Assembly: GCA_031370285.1 (NCBI GenBank)
Contig: JANMQG010000057.1
Location: 33,502 to 97,501 of the forward strand
From: Chloracidobacterium sp.
GTDB lineage: Bacteria; Acidobacteriota; Blastocatellia; Pyrinomonadales; Pyrinomonadaceae
Direction: 5' to 3'
Length of the DNA: 64,000 bases
Position numbers and translations under genes: made by a program. Each line of letters starts with the position of its first letter. Positions within the stretch are counted from its first letter, which is position 1. Shown here in pieces: positions 35,220 through 46,023 of this stretch. The notes under the pieces were generated by a model. It had not been told where the DNA came from. It ran no database searches and saw only the letters and a program-made list of their open reading frames with translations.

Positions 35220-35969
35220 ATGCAAGCTGAAGGCACTCAGAGGCAACATTACAACCGCATTGCGGCCGACTATGAAGCCCAATACGGCGACCCCGATGGT
35301 CTGACTTACCGCGAGGAGTTTCTGTACGAACCACTGCTCGCCGGGTTGGACCTCGAAGGGCGGCGAGTGCTCGAAGCATTAAGCGGTAGCGGGCATGCGA
35401 CCGGATATCTTCTCAACCACAAGAAGGCCCTGGTTACCGGTTTGGATATTTCTGAAGAAGCGATCGCCAGCTTCAAAGAGCGCTGGCCGACGTGTGCAGC
35501 CATCTGTGCTCCAATTACTGAGTCTGGCCTGGCTGCCGAATCCTTCGACTGCATTGTGGCAGTCATGGGCCTGCATCATCTACATCCGCATCTCCCCGAA
35601 GCGTTGCGCGAGATTCATCGCCTCTTGCGGAAGGGAGGAACCTTCTGCTTTACCGAACCGCACAAGGAATCGGCCTTCAGCCAGCTACGAACATTCTGGT
35701 ACCGGCACGATTCGCTTTTCGCTGACAACGAAGCAGCTCTGGATATTGAAGCGTTGAAGCGTGAATGTCAGGATCTGTTTGAGTTTAGAACGGAAAAACA
35801 CGTCGGCAGCGTGGCCTATCTGCTGGTCTTAAACTCGATGATCTTTCGCGTGCCTTTGTGGCTAAAGCGAATCTACTCACCCGCCGTGATGCGTCTGGAA
35901 AAGATGCTCGCCGGTTTCCACTCGCGCACTTTCTCGTTGGGAGTCATCTGCCAGTGGGAAAAGAAATGA
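35220..35969 (+). CDS. class I SAM-dependent methyltransferase
   Basis: Motif I VLEALSGSGHATGYL, then LDISEEAI and a post-I acidic region. Confidence 0.8.
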   Translation: MQAEGTQRQHYNRIAADYEAQYGDPDGLTYREEFLYEPLLAGLDLEGRRVLEALSGSGHATGYLLNHKKALVTGLDISEEAIASFKERWPTCAAICAPITESGLAAESFDCIVAVMGLHHLHPHLPEALREIHRLLRKGGTFCFTEPHKESAFSQLRTFWYRHDSLFADNEAALDIEALKRECQDLFEFRTEKHVGSVAYLLVLNSMIFRVPLWLKRIYSPAVMRLEKMLAGFHSRTFSLGVICQWEKK

Positions 35970-35971
35970 AA

Positions 35972-36036
35972 CCCCAATAAGCCAGCCTGAAGGGCTGCAA
36001 GATAGTGGCCGGTGGTCGAAGCGGAGCGCAGACCAC
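35972..36036 (-). repeat. REP-like element (inverted orientation relative to copy at 40007-40063)
   Basis: Reverse complement gtggtctgcgctccgcttcgaccaccggccactatcttgcagcccttcaggctggc shares a 34-nt core (3 mismatches) with 40007-40040. Tail CTATC..CAGGCTGG resembles the RAYT-flanking repeats at 58.7/59.3 kb. Confidence 0.55.
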
Positions 36037-36328
36037 ATAATCCTCGTTCGACAAATTGTCGAACGCCGTACGGAAAGCTGGCCGATTGACGAAGCTGTTT
36101 ACAAACGCTTCCTTGTTCGCTTGCAGTGTCGCCTCCCAACCGGGATTACCGACTACGACGCCCAGTCCCACGGCGCGCGTGTCAGGCATGAACGCGGCGA
36201 AGTTTGGAGAGTTTGAACCATTGTGCCACACATTTGCGAGTATTGACTTCGCCCCGCGTTTGGCATACAAGGGCCTTACTAGCAGTCGTCGTAACCTTCT
36301 CAATTGCGTACTTAACAGGAAGGTTCTT

Positions 36329-39300
36329 ATGACCCATTCCCAACGTAATTCAACTTTGCTCGCGCCACACACGTTATTCCGAAGCATCCTCATCGCGTTG
36401 CTGTTATCAAGCCTGACAACCAAAGCGGAACCGAGGTGCGATGCTCGCTCCCTCAAGCACGTCACGCAAAGCGAACAGGACGTAACCTTGTTACAGGAAG
36501 GCAAGCCAATCGAGCGCGAGCTAAAAGGGGCGCAGGCACACTCCTACCGGCTGATGCTCCCCTCAGATCTATATCTTTCCGCTGTGGTCGATCAGCGTGG
36601 CATTGATGTAGTCGTCACATTGTTTGCGCCCGACGGACAAAAACTTGCTGAAGTCGACAGCCCCAACGGCGCCAAAGGGCCTGAACCACTCGCGCTCATT
36701 ACCGCGACTGCGGGCAGTTTTAGGCTTGAAGTTCGGTCGCTTGAAAAGGACGCAAAGCCAGGACGCTACCAAGTAGAGATCGTTGAACTGCGTCCTGCAA
36801 CAGCACAAGACCGCAGTCGCATTGCGGCGCAGAAGATCTACGCGGAGGCGGAGCAATTGCGCACCCGGCAAACAAGTGCTTCGTTGCACCAGGCGATCAA
36901 GAAATATGAGGAAGGTCTGCTGCTCTTCCGCGCGGCTGCGGATCGCAGTGGCGAGGGGGACACGCTAATCGGGATCGGCGTTGCCTATAAAGACCTTGGC
37001 GAACGACAGAAGGCGTTGGAATACTATGCTCAGACGCTCGCCATTCGACAGGCCGCCGCTGACCATCGCGGCGAGGCGGAAGCGCTGAATAATATCGCCG
37101 AAGTGTATGACGCGATGGGCGAGAAAAAGAAGGCGCTTGAGAATTTCGAACTCGCATTGCAACTCTGGCGAGCCGCCGCCGATCGCTCGGGCGAGTCCTC
37201 AACACTGAGCAACATGGCAGCGCTCTATTCTTCCATTGGCCAGCCACGGAAGGCTCTCGATCTTTTCAATGAGGCACTGCCGCTACGCAGAGCCAGCGGC
37301 GACCGACCGGGCGAAGCGGCAACGCTCAATGACATCGGCGTCACTTACTTTGCATTAGCTGAACTGCAAAAGGCGCTGAGCTATTTCAATCAGGCGCTAA
37401 GCATCGTCAAAGCCATCGGTGATCGGCGCGGGGCTGCGTACACGATGACCAGTATGGGCCTCCTCTACGATGCCCTGGACGAAAAGCAGAAAGCACTCGA
37501 TTACTATGAGCAATCCTTAGCTCTTTTGAAAGCTCTTGATGATCGGTATGGGACGGCGGCCGCGCTCAACAACGAGGCGCTTCTCTATCTTTCGTTGCAC
37601 GAGAATCAGAAGGCGCTCGATTATTACAATCAATCGCTCTCGCTGGTAGTTGCGTTGGGTGATCGCTATGGTCAAGCCACTGTGTTGAATGGTCTGGGCA
37701 AGGTTTACCTCCTAATGGGCGAACCGCAGAAGGCGCTGGATTCGTTCAATCAATCGCTGCCCATGCGACGAGCCATCAGTGACCGCTCCGGCGAAGCCTA
37801 CACACTTCACAACATTGGCGGAGTCTACGAGCACCTGGGCGAAAAGCAGAAAGCGCTCGATCACTACAATCAGGCCCTCGCGCTGTGGAGCGTCGTCGGC
37901 GACCGGCGAGGAGAGGCTAGCACGCTTATCAGTACCGGAAGAGTTTACGAAGCTCTGGGCGACGGGCCGAAGGCCCTCGACTTTCTGAATCGGGGATTGG
38001 CGCTTCACCGAACCGTTAGTAACCGCAGCGGCCAGGCTCAGTCGCTTTACGAGCTAGCTCGCCTCGAGCGGGATCGCGGCAATTTGATCGAAGCCCGCTC
38101 GAGGATCGAAGCGGCCCTTGGGATCATCGAATCGCTCCGAACGAAAATCGCCAGCGAACAACTGCGCTCCTCATACTTTTCTTCGGTGCAGGAATACTAC
38201 GAGCTGTACATCGATGTGCTGATGCGCTTACACAAATTGCACCCGTCGGAAGGAAACGACGCCTCTGCTCTGCGAGGCAGTGAGCGCGCGCGGGGGCGCG
38301 GTTTGATTGATTTATTGATCGAATCGCACGCTGATATTCGGCAAGGGGTCGATCCGCAGTTGCTTGAACGCGAGCACGATTTGCAACAACTCCTGAATGC
38401 GAAGGCTGAGCGTCAGTTGCGCCTACTGAGTGGCAAGCATAGTGAAGAAAGCGCGCAGGCAGTGGCCAGGGAGCTGGAAGCCCTGACCACTGAGTATCAG
38501 GAAATCGAGGCCCAGATAAGATCGAAGAGTCCCCGTTATGCGGCGCTGACTCAACCACAGCCGCTTGCGCTGCGTGATATACAAGCGGAGCTACTCGATC
38601 AAGACACGCTGCTATTGGAATACTCGCTCGGCGAGCAGCAAAGTTATCTTTGGGCCGTGACGCAAACAGGAATTGCCAGTTATGGACTACCATCGCGAAC
38701 CGTCATCGATGAGCTGGCGAAGAATTTTTACAATTTGCTGACTGCACCGAGCCATCCCGCCGAGCCTGGAAAGAAGAGAGGACTCGGTGTGGAGACAAGC
38801 AGAGGTTCGTATGGCGACGTAGCGAATCGCCTGAGTCAGATGGTTCTTGGTCCGGTCGCCGCGCAATTGGGTAAAAAGCGTCTGGTCATCGTAGCGGAGG
38901 GCGCCCTGCAGTACGTGCCGTTCGGAGCATTGTTCTCGCCCACGATGACCAATAGACGCAAGACGAAAACTCCGCTGATTGTTGACCACGAAATCATCAG
39001 CTTGCCGTCGGCTACGACCCTCGCGGTATTGCGACGCGAGCTACCGGAACGCCGAACTGCGGTCAAATATGTTGCGGTTTTGGCGGATCCGGTCTTCGAT
39101 GTGCGTGATGAACGAATTAAGAAAGCACCGAGAGATGCGGCCGGCACTGCAAATGAGCAGGAGACTAGCGCTGAGAACCGGGGGTTGGGTCTGGCCCTGG
39201 AGAAATCAGCACAGGATACGGGGCTGAGTACGAGGTCTCTTAGCATACCTCGATTGCCCGGTACCAGGCGTGAAGCTGAGGCAATTCTGGCGCTTGTTCC

Positions 39301-39823
39301 TGCCAATGAGAGCAAGCAAGCATTGGATTTCGACGCGAGCCGTGCAACCGCCTTCAGCCCTGAGCTTAGTCAGTATCGATATGTGCACTTTGCCACGCAT
39401 GGCTTGCTTAATAGTGTTCATCCCGATCTATCTGGGATCGTGTTGTCAATGATAGACAAGAATGGCGCACCAGAAGATGGCTTCCTCCGCGGACATGAGA
39501 TCTTTAATTTACGCCTATCAGCGGAGCTTGTTGTCTTGAGTGCCTGTCAAACTGGCCTTGGGAAAGAAGTGCGCGGAGAGGGATTGGTAGGATTGACTCG
39601 CGCCTTCATGTACGCAGGAGCGCCGCGCGTAGTCGTAAGTTTGTGGAGCGTCAGCGATCTCGCAACCGCCGAGTTGATGGAGCGCTTTTATAAAGGGATG
39701 CTCGTTGACAGATTACGTCCGGCAGCAGCCTTACGCGCCGCGCAAGTTGCCATGTGGAAACAGCAACGTTGGTCTTCGCCGTTCTATTGGGCGGCGTTTA
39801 CGCTCGAGGGTGAGTGGCGCTGA
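36329..39823 (+). CDS. secreted TPR-repeat / CHAT-domain (caspase-like) protein
   Basis: Start at ATG 36329 gives a signal peptide ([17 protein letters not shown]). More than 15 TPR units with recurring GD(R)xGEAxTLNNIG. The CHAT His/Cys dyad context is HFATHG ... [10 protein letters not shown]. Confidence 0.85.
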   Translation: MTHSQRNSTLLAPHTLFRSILIALLLSSLTTKAEPRCDARSLKHVTQSEQDVTLLQEGKPIERELKGAQAHSYRLMLPSDLYLSAVVDQRGIDVVVTLFAPDGQKLAEVDSPNGAKGPEPLALITATAGSFRLEVRSLEKDAKPGRYQVEIVELRPATAQDRSRIAAQKIYAEAEQLRTRQTSASLHQAIKKYEEGLLLFRAAADRSGEGDTLIGIGVAYKDLGERQKALEYYAQTLAIRQAAADHRGEAEALNNIAEVYDAMGEKKKALENFELALQLWRAAADRSGESSTLSNMAALYSSIGQPRKALDLFNEALPLRRASGDRPGEAATLNDIGVTYFALAELQKALSYFNQALSIVKAIGDRRGAAYTMTSMGLLYDALDEKQKALDYYEQSLALLKALDDRYGTAAALNNEALLYLSLHENQKALDYYNQSLSLVVALGDRYGQATVLNGLGKVYLLMGEPQKALDSFNQSLPMRRAISDRSGEAYTLHNIGGVYEHLGEKQKALDHYNQALALWSVVGDRRGEASTLISTGRVYEALGDGPKALDFLNRGLALHRTVSNRSGQAQSLYELARLERDRGNLIEARSRIEAALGIIESLRTKIASEQLRSSYFSSVQEYYELYIDVLMRLHKLHPSEGNDASALRGSERARGRGLIDLLIESHADIRQGVDPQLLEREHDLQQLLNAKAERQLRLLSGKHSEESAQAVARELEALTTEYQEIEAQIRSKSPRYAALTQPQPLALRDIQAELLDQDTLLLEYSLGEQQSYLWAVTQTGIASYGLPSRTVIDELAKNFYNLLTAPSHPAEPGKKRGLGVETSRGSYGDVANRLSQMVLGPVAAQLGKKRLVIVAEGALQYVPFGALFSPTMTNRRKTKTPLIVDHEIISLPSATTLAVLRRELPERRTAVKYVAVLADPVFDVRDERIKKAPRDAAGTANEQETSAENRGLGLALEKSAQDTGLSTRSLSIPRLPGTRREAEAILALVPANESKQALDFDASRATAFSPELSQYRYVHFATHGLLNSVHPDLSGIVLSMIDKNGAPEDGFLRGHEIFNLRLSAELVVLSACQTGLGKEVRGEGLVGLTRAFMYAGAPRVVVSLWSVSDLATAELMERFYKGMLVDRLRPAAALRAAQVAMWKQQRWSSPFYWAAFTLEGEWR

Positions 39824-39871
39824 ATAGGCGTTGGTCTGGGAGAACGGCTGTGGGGCATTGCCGTGCGGTAA

Positions 39872-40003
39872 GGCTTTGCCTTACGCGCGTTCACCGTAAG
39901 TCCTTCGGCGACTAATTCAGTGCGAAAATACATTGCAGACCAGCAAAGGCACCATGCAAAGAAGTCGTTTGTTGATGAGTTGAAGGAATTGTTAGAGAAG
40001 GCA
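39872..40003 (+). pseudogene. degraded C-terminal remnant of an IS200/RAYT-type Y1 transposase
   Basis: Reads GFALRAFTVSPSATNSVRKYIADQQRHHAKKSFVDELKELLEKAG. Compare RFAWQARYGAFTVSESQVDNVRLYIRNQEKHHQEFSFAEEFKALL in the intact copy at 58767-59207. No N-terminal HUH part, and an in-frame stop lies upstream. Confidence 0.65.
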
Positions 40004-40006
40004 GGG

Positions 40007-40063
40007 GTGGTCTACGCTCCGCTTCGACCACCGGCTACTTTCTATTCAACCCAGCGGGTTGAA
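40007..40063 (+). repeat. REP-like element abutting the transposase remnant
   Basis: gtggtctacgctccgcttcgaccaccggctactttctattcaacccagcgggttgaa. Terminal hairpin ttcaaccc-agc-gggttgaa. Confidence 0.55.
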
Positions 40064-40072
40064 TACGCAGCT

Positions 40073-41545
<1,473 letters not shown>

Positions 41546-41591
41546 TTATTAACTCCTTGAAGATTTGCTATGAGATGAAAAGTCGATGATA

Positions 41592-41624
41592 GAAACAAAA
41601 CTGCCCGCCAATCGGAGCGGGCAG
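41592..41624 (-). terminator. Rho-independent terminator/attenuator between the RodZ-like gene and guaB
   Basis: Minus strand reads ctgcccgc-tccgattg-gcgggcag followed by ttttgtttc. Confidence 0.65.
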
Positions 41625-41728
41625 TCTTGAAGTAGTTTCTGTTGCTGACGAGGTTGTGGCGAGACTCCTGACAAGCGCGCGCACGCCTGTGTATTGAGCC
41701 CTCGGGCACAAACTCTGTCGACCAACAC

Positions 41729-42229
41729 TTATTGCAGGAACTGTTCGTAATCAGTTTTCCGAATATCCAAACCACCAGCGATACTTGCGGTAAGCGGCGC
41801 TTCATGATGTAACTCCGCGGACCGGCGCTGTACCCAGTGGAGCACGCTTAGCGCCACCGCAGTTAATATTGCCAGGATCACAATTGCCAGCACGACAGTC
41901 AAAAGCGGCGAGCGAGTGGCGGGTGCATCGGTATAAACCTTCGAGTGATAAGGGGTGCTTGCTACTTCTTCGCCTGTGCCTCCAGCTTCACGCATATAGC
42001 GCGTATAGCCTTCAATCGCCTCTTTCTCGTCGTAACCAACGTAACGAGCATAAGCTTTGACGAAGCTGCGATTGAAAATCCCGCCCGGCAAGCGTTTGTA
42101 ATCATTCGTTTCTATCGCTTCAAGGTAGTGCATCGAGATTCGCGTCTGATCGGAAATCTCGCGTAGCGGAATGCCGCGTCCCTCGCGTGCGAGTCGCAAC
42201 TGTTCACCGATAGTCGCTTCCATCACCAT
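41729..42229 (-). CDS. RodZ-like helix-turn-helix membrane protein
   Basis: HTH IGEQLRLAREGRGIPLREISDQTRISMHYLEAIE..FNRSFVKAYARYVG, one TM (LLTVVLAIVILAILTAVAL). Start uncertain (42229 or 42223 versus ORF start 42301). Confidence 0.7.
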   Translation of the reverse strand: MVMEATIGEQLRLAREGRGIPLREISDQTRISMHYLEAIETNDYKRLPGGIFNRSFVKAYARYVGYDEKEAIEGYTRYMREAGGTGEEVASTPYHSKVYTDAPATRSPLLTVVLAIVILAILTAVALSVLHWVQRRSAELHHEAPLTASIAGGLDIRKTDYEQFLQ

Positions 42230-42511
42230 TCGCTTCAGCCTTTTGCCTATCGCTTCGGTGGAGGTGGGCCTCGTTGGATACCAGTTGAAAGTAGACTGCA
42301 ACTTAGATTGCTGGAATCGGAGGCGGTCTAGCCCGCGCTGCTAAATCCCCTAATTGTTTGGCTGAATATATCTTGCGTTGCTAAACGCTGTCAACTTTTG
42401 CGTCAGAAAGAGAAGCGTCTCTTGATTCTTCGTGCGCGCGGTGATAGGTTTGCGCCTGCGATCGAACGTCGACTTTAATTTCTACAACAATAAAAAGTGA
42501 GGTTACATGAG

Positions 42512-42910
42512 ATGCCTTTAGAAGCACTCGGAATGGTGGAGACCAAGGGCTTTGTCGGAGCTGTCGAAGCCGCGGACGCGATGGTCAAAGCTGCGAATGT
42601 TCAGCTCATTGGAAAAGAGTATATCGGAGCCGGTTACGTGACGATCTTTGTTCGCGGAGACGTGGGCGCGGTTAAGGCAGCCACCGACGCCGGAGCAGCG
42701 GCAGCGCGAAGAGTCGGCGAACTGATTAGTGTTCACGTGATTCCTCGCCCACATGCTGAAGTCGAGCGCGTCTTACCGGCCGACGGGCGCACCGGTTTGA
42801 GCCCGGATGAGCGCTCGCTTGGAGGTGGCACTCGAGGCCAGTTGGGAGAAGGCGATCAGGGGCGCTCGCTTCACGGCGCGCGAGAAGGAAGCAAGGAAAA
42901 AGCCAGGTAA
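42512..42910 (+). CDS. BMC-H (hexamer) shell protein with about 45-aa Gly/Arg/Glu-rich C-terminal tail
   Basis: [58 protein letters not shown], the canonical PduA/EutM/CcmK-type BMC domain. Confidence 0.9.
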   Translation: MPLEALGMVETKGFVGAVEAADAMVKAANVQLIGKEYIGAGYVTIFVRGDVGAVKAATDAGAAAARRVGELISVHVIPRPHAEVERVLPADGRTGLSPDERSLGGGTRGQLGEGDQGRSLHGAREGSKEKAR

Positions 42911-42913
42911 ACC

Positions 42914-42988
42914 GATTTTAGATTTCAGATTTCGGATTTTGGATTGGTGCCTTCCAAATCGCCAATCAAAAATCAGAAATCAAAAATC
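42914..42988. repeat. tandem-heptamer hairpin (GATTTYR arms)
   Basis: gattttagatttcagatttcggattttggattgg / short loop / ccaaatcgccaatcaaaaatcagaaatcaaaaatc. Confidence 0.8.
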
Positions 42989-43005
42989 GTGTTGGGGGGT
43001 TCGTC

Positions 43006-44886
43006 ATGTCCGCAGACAAGGACCTGATCTCGGTACAGCAGGCGCGGGACCTGGTAGAAGCCGCTTATAAGGCGCAGGCTGAGATCGTCAAATTTGACCA
43101 GGCAAAGATCGATCGAATTTGCGAGGCCATGTCCCGGGCCGCTCTGCGCGAAGCCGCCCGCCTCGGCGCATTGGCCGTGGAGGAAACCGGCTTCGGTATC
43201 CCGGACGATAAGCGAGAGAAGAACCGTTTTGCCGCTGAAGATGTTTGGAACTACTTTCGCGGGTTGCGCACTGTCGGCGTCGTTTCAGAATCAAGAGATG
43301 TTGTAGAGATAGCGAGCCCGCGCGGCGTTGTTGCCGGCATCATCCCTTCCACCAATCCGACCTCCACGGCGATCTTTAAAGTTTTGATCGCGGTCAAATC
43401 CAGAAACGCTATTGTGCTTTCCCCTCATCCGTCCGCGGCTCGTTGTATCAACGAAACGGTGCAGGTGATGCGCGAAGCGGCCATCAAAGAAGGTCTGCCG
43501 GCGGACGCGGTTGCCTGCATGACGACCGCCACCATCGAAGGCACTGAAGCTTTGATGAAACACAAGCAGACGGCTGTCATCCTGGCTACCGGCGGCATTG
43601 GGCTGGTGCGCGCAGCTTATTCATCGGGCAAACCCGCGTTTGGAGTCGGCCCCGGTAACGTTCCTGTTTTTATCGAGAGAACTGCGGATGTTACCAAAGC
43701 GGTTCAGGATATTTTGACTGGAACGACTTTCGACAACGGAACCATTTGCGCTTCTGAGCAAGCTGTAGTTTGTGATGCTCCTATTGAAAAAGCTGTAAGG
43801 GAACAATTCAAAGCGCAGGGCGGGCACTTTCTTTCCGCTGCGGAAGCTGACCAACTGGGCAAAGTGGTGGCAACTCCACAACGTTCTCTAAACCCCGGGA
43901 TCGTAGGAAAGTCGGTCGAGGTGATTGCCAAGCTGGCCGGGTTGAACGTCCCTCCAGGCACGCGCTGCCTGATGGTGGATGTTGGCGGTGTCGGACGTGA
44001 GTTTCCGCTGTCTATGGAAAAGCTCTCACCCATCCTCGCGTTCTATGTGACGGACGGCTTATCGCGTGGCGCGGAGCGTTGCTATGAAATCCTGCGCTAC
44101 GGCGGCATGGGCCACACCGCGGGAGTTCACACTCGTTCGCGCGAGGCCGCGGTCCGCTTCGGCGGGGAGATGCCGGCGTCGCGCATTACGGTGAATACAC
44201 CTACAACTCACGGGGCGATTGGTTTCTCGACGGCGCTTCCGCCATCGATGACCCTGGGCTGCGGTTCGTGGGGCGGCAATGTAACTTCGGATAATGTGTC
44301 GCCACTCCACTTGCTGGATATCAAGCGAGTAGCTTTTGAAACAAGAGCAGTGAAAAGTAAACGGCCGGCAGTTGCAGCTTCTACGGTAGCCACTCCTGCG
44401 CCAGCGGCCGCGTATGCCGGAACGACTGCGAGCTCGGCGCCAGCTCAACCTCAGGCGGTAGTTGGTTCTGGTGCGGGCAAGATCAACCGCGAAGACATCG
44501 CCGCGATAGTCGACCGGTTTCTGGCGGGGCGCCAACCGGAGCAGCCGTCGAGTGAAGCAAGGGAGACGCGACAGCAACCGTCGCGCGCAGCAAGCGAGCC
44601 CGAAGCCGAAGCTGGCAGCATGTATGCCGGACCAGGCCAGAACCGAACTGATAATGTCCGCCAGCCGGCAAATGCCGGCCGATCATCTTCGGCATCTTCG
44701 GCTGGCTCCAGTTCAAGCAGCGCTTTGACCGCGAACAATGGCGCGAAGACGGTTGACTTCGTTAGTGAAGACGACGTCAAACGCGCGATTCAAAAAGGTG
44801 AGAAGATCTATATCAACGCGAAAACCATTATCACTCCGGCAGCCCGTGACATCGGCGAACCGGGCGAAGTGTTTGCTAAAGGCTAA
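43006..44886 (+). CDS. CoA-acylating aldehyde dehydrogenase (PduP/EutE-like) with 180-aa C-terminal extension
   Basis: Core about aa 1-446 with catalytic Cys in [11 protein letters not shown] (codon 43747-43749). Then an Ala/Ser/Pro-rich linker, amphipathic [16 protein letters not shown], a second Ser-rich linker, and the terminal module [33 protein letters not shown]. Confidence 0.9.
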   Translation: MSADKDLISVQQARDLVEAAYKAQAEIVKFDQAKIDRICEAMSRAALREAARLGALAVEETGFGIPDDKREKNRFAAEDVWNYFRGLRTVGVVSESRDVVEIASPRGVVAGIIPSTNPTSTAIFKVLIAVKSRNAIVLSPHPSAARCINETVQVMREAAIKEGLPADAVACMTTATIEGTEALMKHKQTAVILATGGIGLVRAAYSSGKPAFGVGPGNVPVFIERTADVTKAVQDILTGTTFDNGTICASEQAVVCDAPIEKAVREQFKAQGGHFLSAAEADQLGKVVATPQRSLNPGIVGKSVEVIAKLAGLNVPPGTRCLMVDVGGVGREFPLSMEKLSPILAFYVTDGLSRGAERCYEILRYGGMGHTAGVHTRSREAAVRFGGEMPASRITVNTPTTHGAIGFSTALPPSMTLGCGSWGGNVTSDNVSPLHLLDIKRVAFETRAVKSKRPAVAASTVATPAPAAAYAGTTASSAPAQPQAVVGSGAGKINREDIAAIVDRFLAGRQPEQPSSEARETRQQPSRAASEPEAEAGSMYAGPGQNRTDNVRQPANAGRSSSASSAGSSSSSALTANNGAKTVDFVSEDDVKRAIQKGEKIYINAKTIITPAARDIGEPGEVFAKG

Positions 44887-44978
44887 AGTTTCAAGTTCCA
44901 AGTTCCAGGTTTCAAGTTAGGCGCTCAGGGCCAGACTGGAAACCTGGAACTTGGAACTTGAAACTTGGAACTTGAAAC
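44886..44978. repeat. tandem-heptamer hairpin (GTTYCAA/GTTCCAR arms)
   Basis: aagtttcaagttccaagttccaggtttcaagtt / loop / ctggaaacctggaacttggaacttgaaacttggaacttgaaac. The right arm ends 1 nt before ATG 44980. Confidence 0.85.
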
Positions 44979-44979
44979 C

Positions 44980-45309
44980 ATGTTCTTAGGCAAAGTCGTC
45001 GGCACAGTTTGGTCTACCAAGAAGACTCCCGATCTTGAAGGCATCCGCTTTCTGGTCGTGCACCCCTATGATCTGGAAAAAGATCCAACCCGGAACATCG
45101 TCATTGTTGCCGATCGGCTGGGCGCCGGAAGTGGCGAGATGGTGATTTGTGCCTTTGGCAAAGCAGCGCGCACGGCAATGGGCAATCAGGACATGGCAAT
45201 CGAAGCCGCAGTCGTTGGGATAGTCGATCGGGTGGACATCACCGACACGGCTTCAGAAGAGATGCGCGAGGCGGCGCGTCAACTCGCGCGCGATAATGGA
45301 AGACAGTGA
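44980..45309 (+). CDS. BMC-P (pentamer/vertex) shell protein, EutN/CcmL family
   Basis: MFLGKVVGTVWSTKK...LVV...VADRLGAGSGEMVICAFGKAAR...EAAVVGIVDRVD. Confidence 0.9.
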   Translation: MFLGKVVGTVWSTKKTPDLEGIRFLVVHPYDLEKDPTRNIVIVADRLGAGSGEMVICAFGKAARTAMGNQDMAIEAAVVGIVDRVDITDTASEEMREAARQLARDNGRQ

Positions 45310-45413
45310 GGAGTGAAAAGTGAAGAGTGAAAAGGCGTTGAATTGTGCTGAGGTTTGATTCACGCGCTAGCCAACATTCCAGAACTCATCACTTTTCACT
45401 TTTTACCTTTCAC
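45306..45413. repeat. tandem-heptamer hairpin (GTGAARA arms)
   Basis: gtgaggagtgaaaagtgaagagtgaaaag / 50-nt loop / ctcatcacttttcactttttacctttcac. Confidence 0.85.
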
Positions 45414-45421
45414 TGGTTTTT

Positions 45422-45901
45422 ATGGCTAACGAAGATTTGATTTACCGGCTCACGAAGGCCGTCTACGGCCGCCTGGGTCCGGCAGCGGACGAGCAAACCG
45501 TCGAGCAACTCGTCACAGAAGTGTTCCGCGAGATCGAGCCCTTTCTGCACGCGAACGGATCGTCATACTCCTCTTTACAATCTCTTCCCGCGAGCGGCAC
45601 CGCTGCTTCGCAATCGCCGGAAGGTTCTGCTGACCGAATGATCATTTCGGTGTTTGGCGTAGACCATCCCGGCATTGTCGCCGGAGTCGCCCAGATACTG
45701 GCCGGTGCCGGCTGCAGCATTGTGGATATCAACCAGACGGTAGTGCAGGGCAAGTTTGCCATGGTCATCATCGCCAACAGCGCGCACGCGCGGGAGAGCG
45801 CAGCCGAATTGAAAGAGCGACTGCGGAGCGAAGGGGAAAAACTTGGCGTCCGTATCTACGCGCAGCGTGAAGATCTCTTTAACGCCATGCACCGGATTTG
45901 A
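45422..45901 (+). CDS. ACT-domain protein of the UPF0237 type with 71-aa N-terminal extension
   Basis: C-terminal 88 aa: MIISVFGVDHPGIVAGVAQILAGAGCSIVDINQTVVQGKFAMVII...GVRIYAQREDLFNAMHRI, as in UPF0237 partners of UPF0210. The N-terminus has helices LIYRLTKAVYGRL and VEQLVTEVFREIEPFL followed by a Ser/Pro/Ala linker. Confidence 0.8.
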   Translation: MANEDLIYRLTKAVYGRLGPAADEQTVEQLVTEVFREIEPFLHANGSSYSSLQSLPASGTAASQSPEGSADRMIISVFGVDHPGIVAGVAQILAGAGCSIVDINQTVVQGKFAMVIIANSAHARESAAELKERLRSEGEKLGVRIYAQREDLFNAMHRI

Positions 45902-45903
45902 AT

Positions 45904-46018
45904 GTCGAATTTCGGATTGCGGAATTCGAATTGAAGAACCGAGACTTTCAAACTTCAAATTAAAAGCACAGCTGACAATGGACAAAACCCGCAATCCGAA
46001 ATTCGCAATCCGAAATTC
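45904..46018. repeat. long-armed hairpin (GAATTTCGGATTGCG arms)
   Basis: gtcgaatttcggattgcggaattcgaattg / 56-nt loop / cgcaatccgaaattcgcaatccgaaattc. Confidence 0.85.
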
Positions 46019-46023
46019 CCACT

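Noticed and set aside
36045-36065. Perfect palindrome cgttcgaca-aat-tgtcgaacg as terminator of the methyltransferase gene
   Set aside because: No T-tract follows. It may be part of the adjacent REP-like element or an operator, so it is not called.
35944-36504. 186-aa minus-strand ORF and the 36056 start of the CHAT ORF
   Set aside because: The minus ORF runs through a REP-like element and the CHAT upstream region. The CHAT protein gains a proper signal peptide only from ATG 36329.
42807-43070. 87-aa ORF spanning the BMC-H tail and the hairpin
   Set aside because: Its translation is dominated by the heptamer repeats ([11 protein letters not shown]), an artefact of low-complexity DNA.
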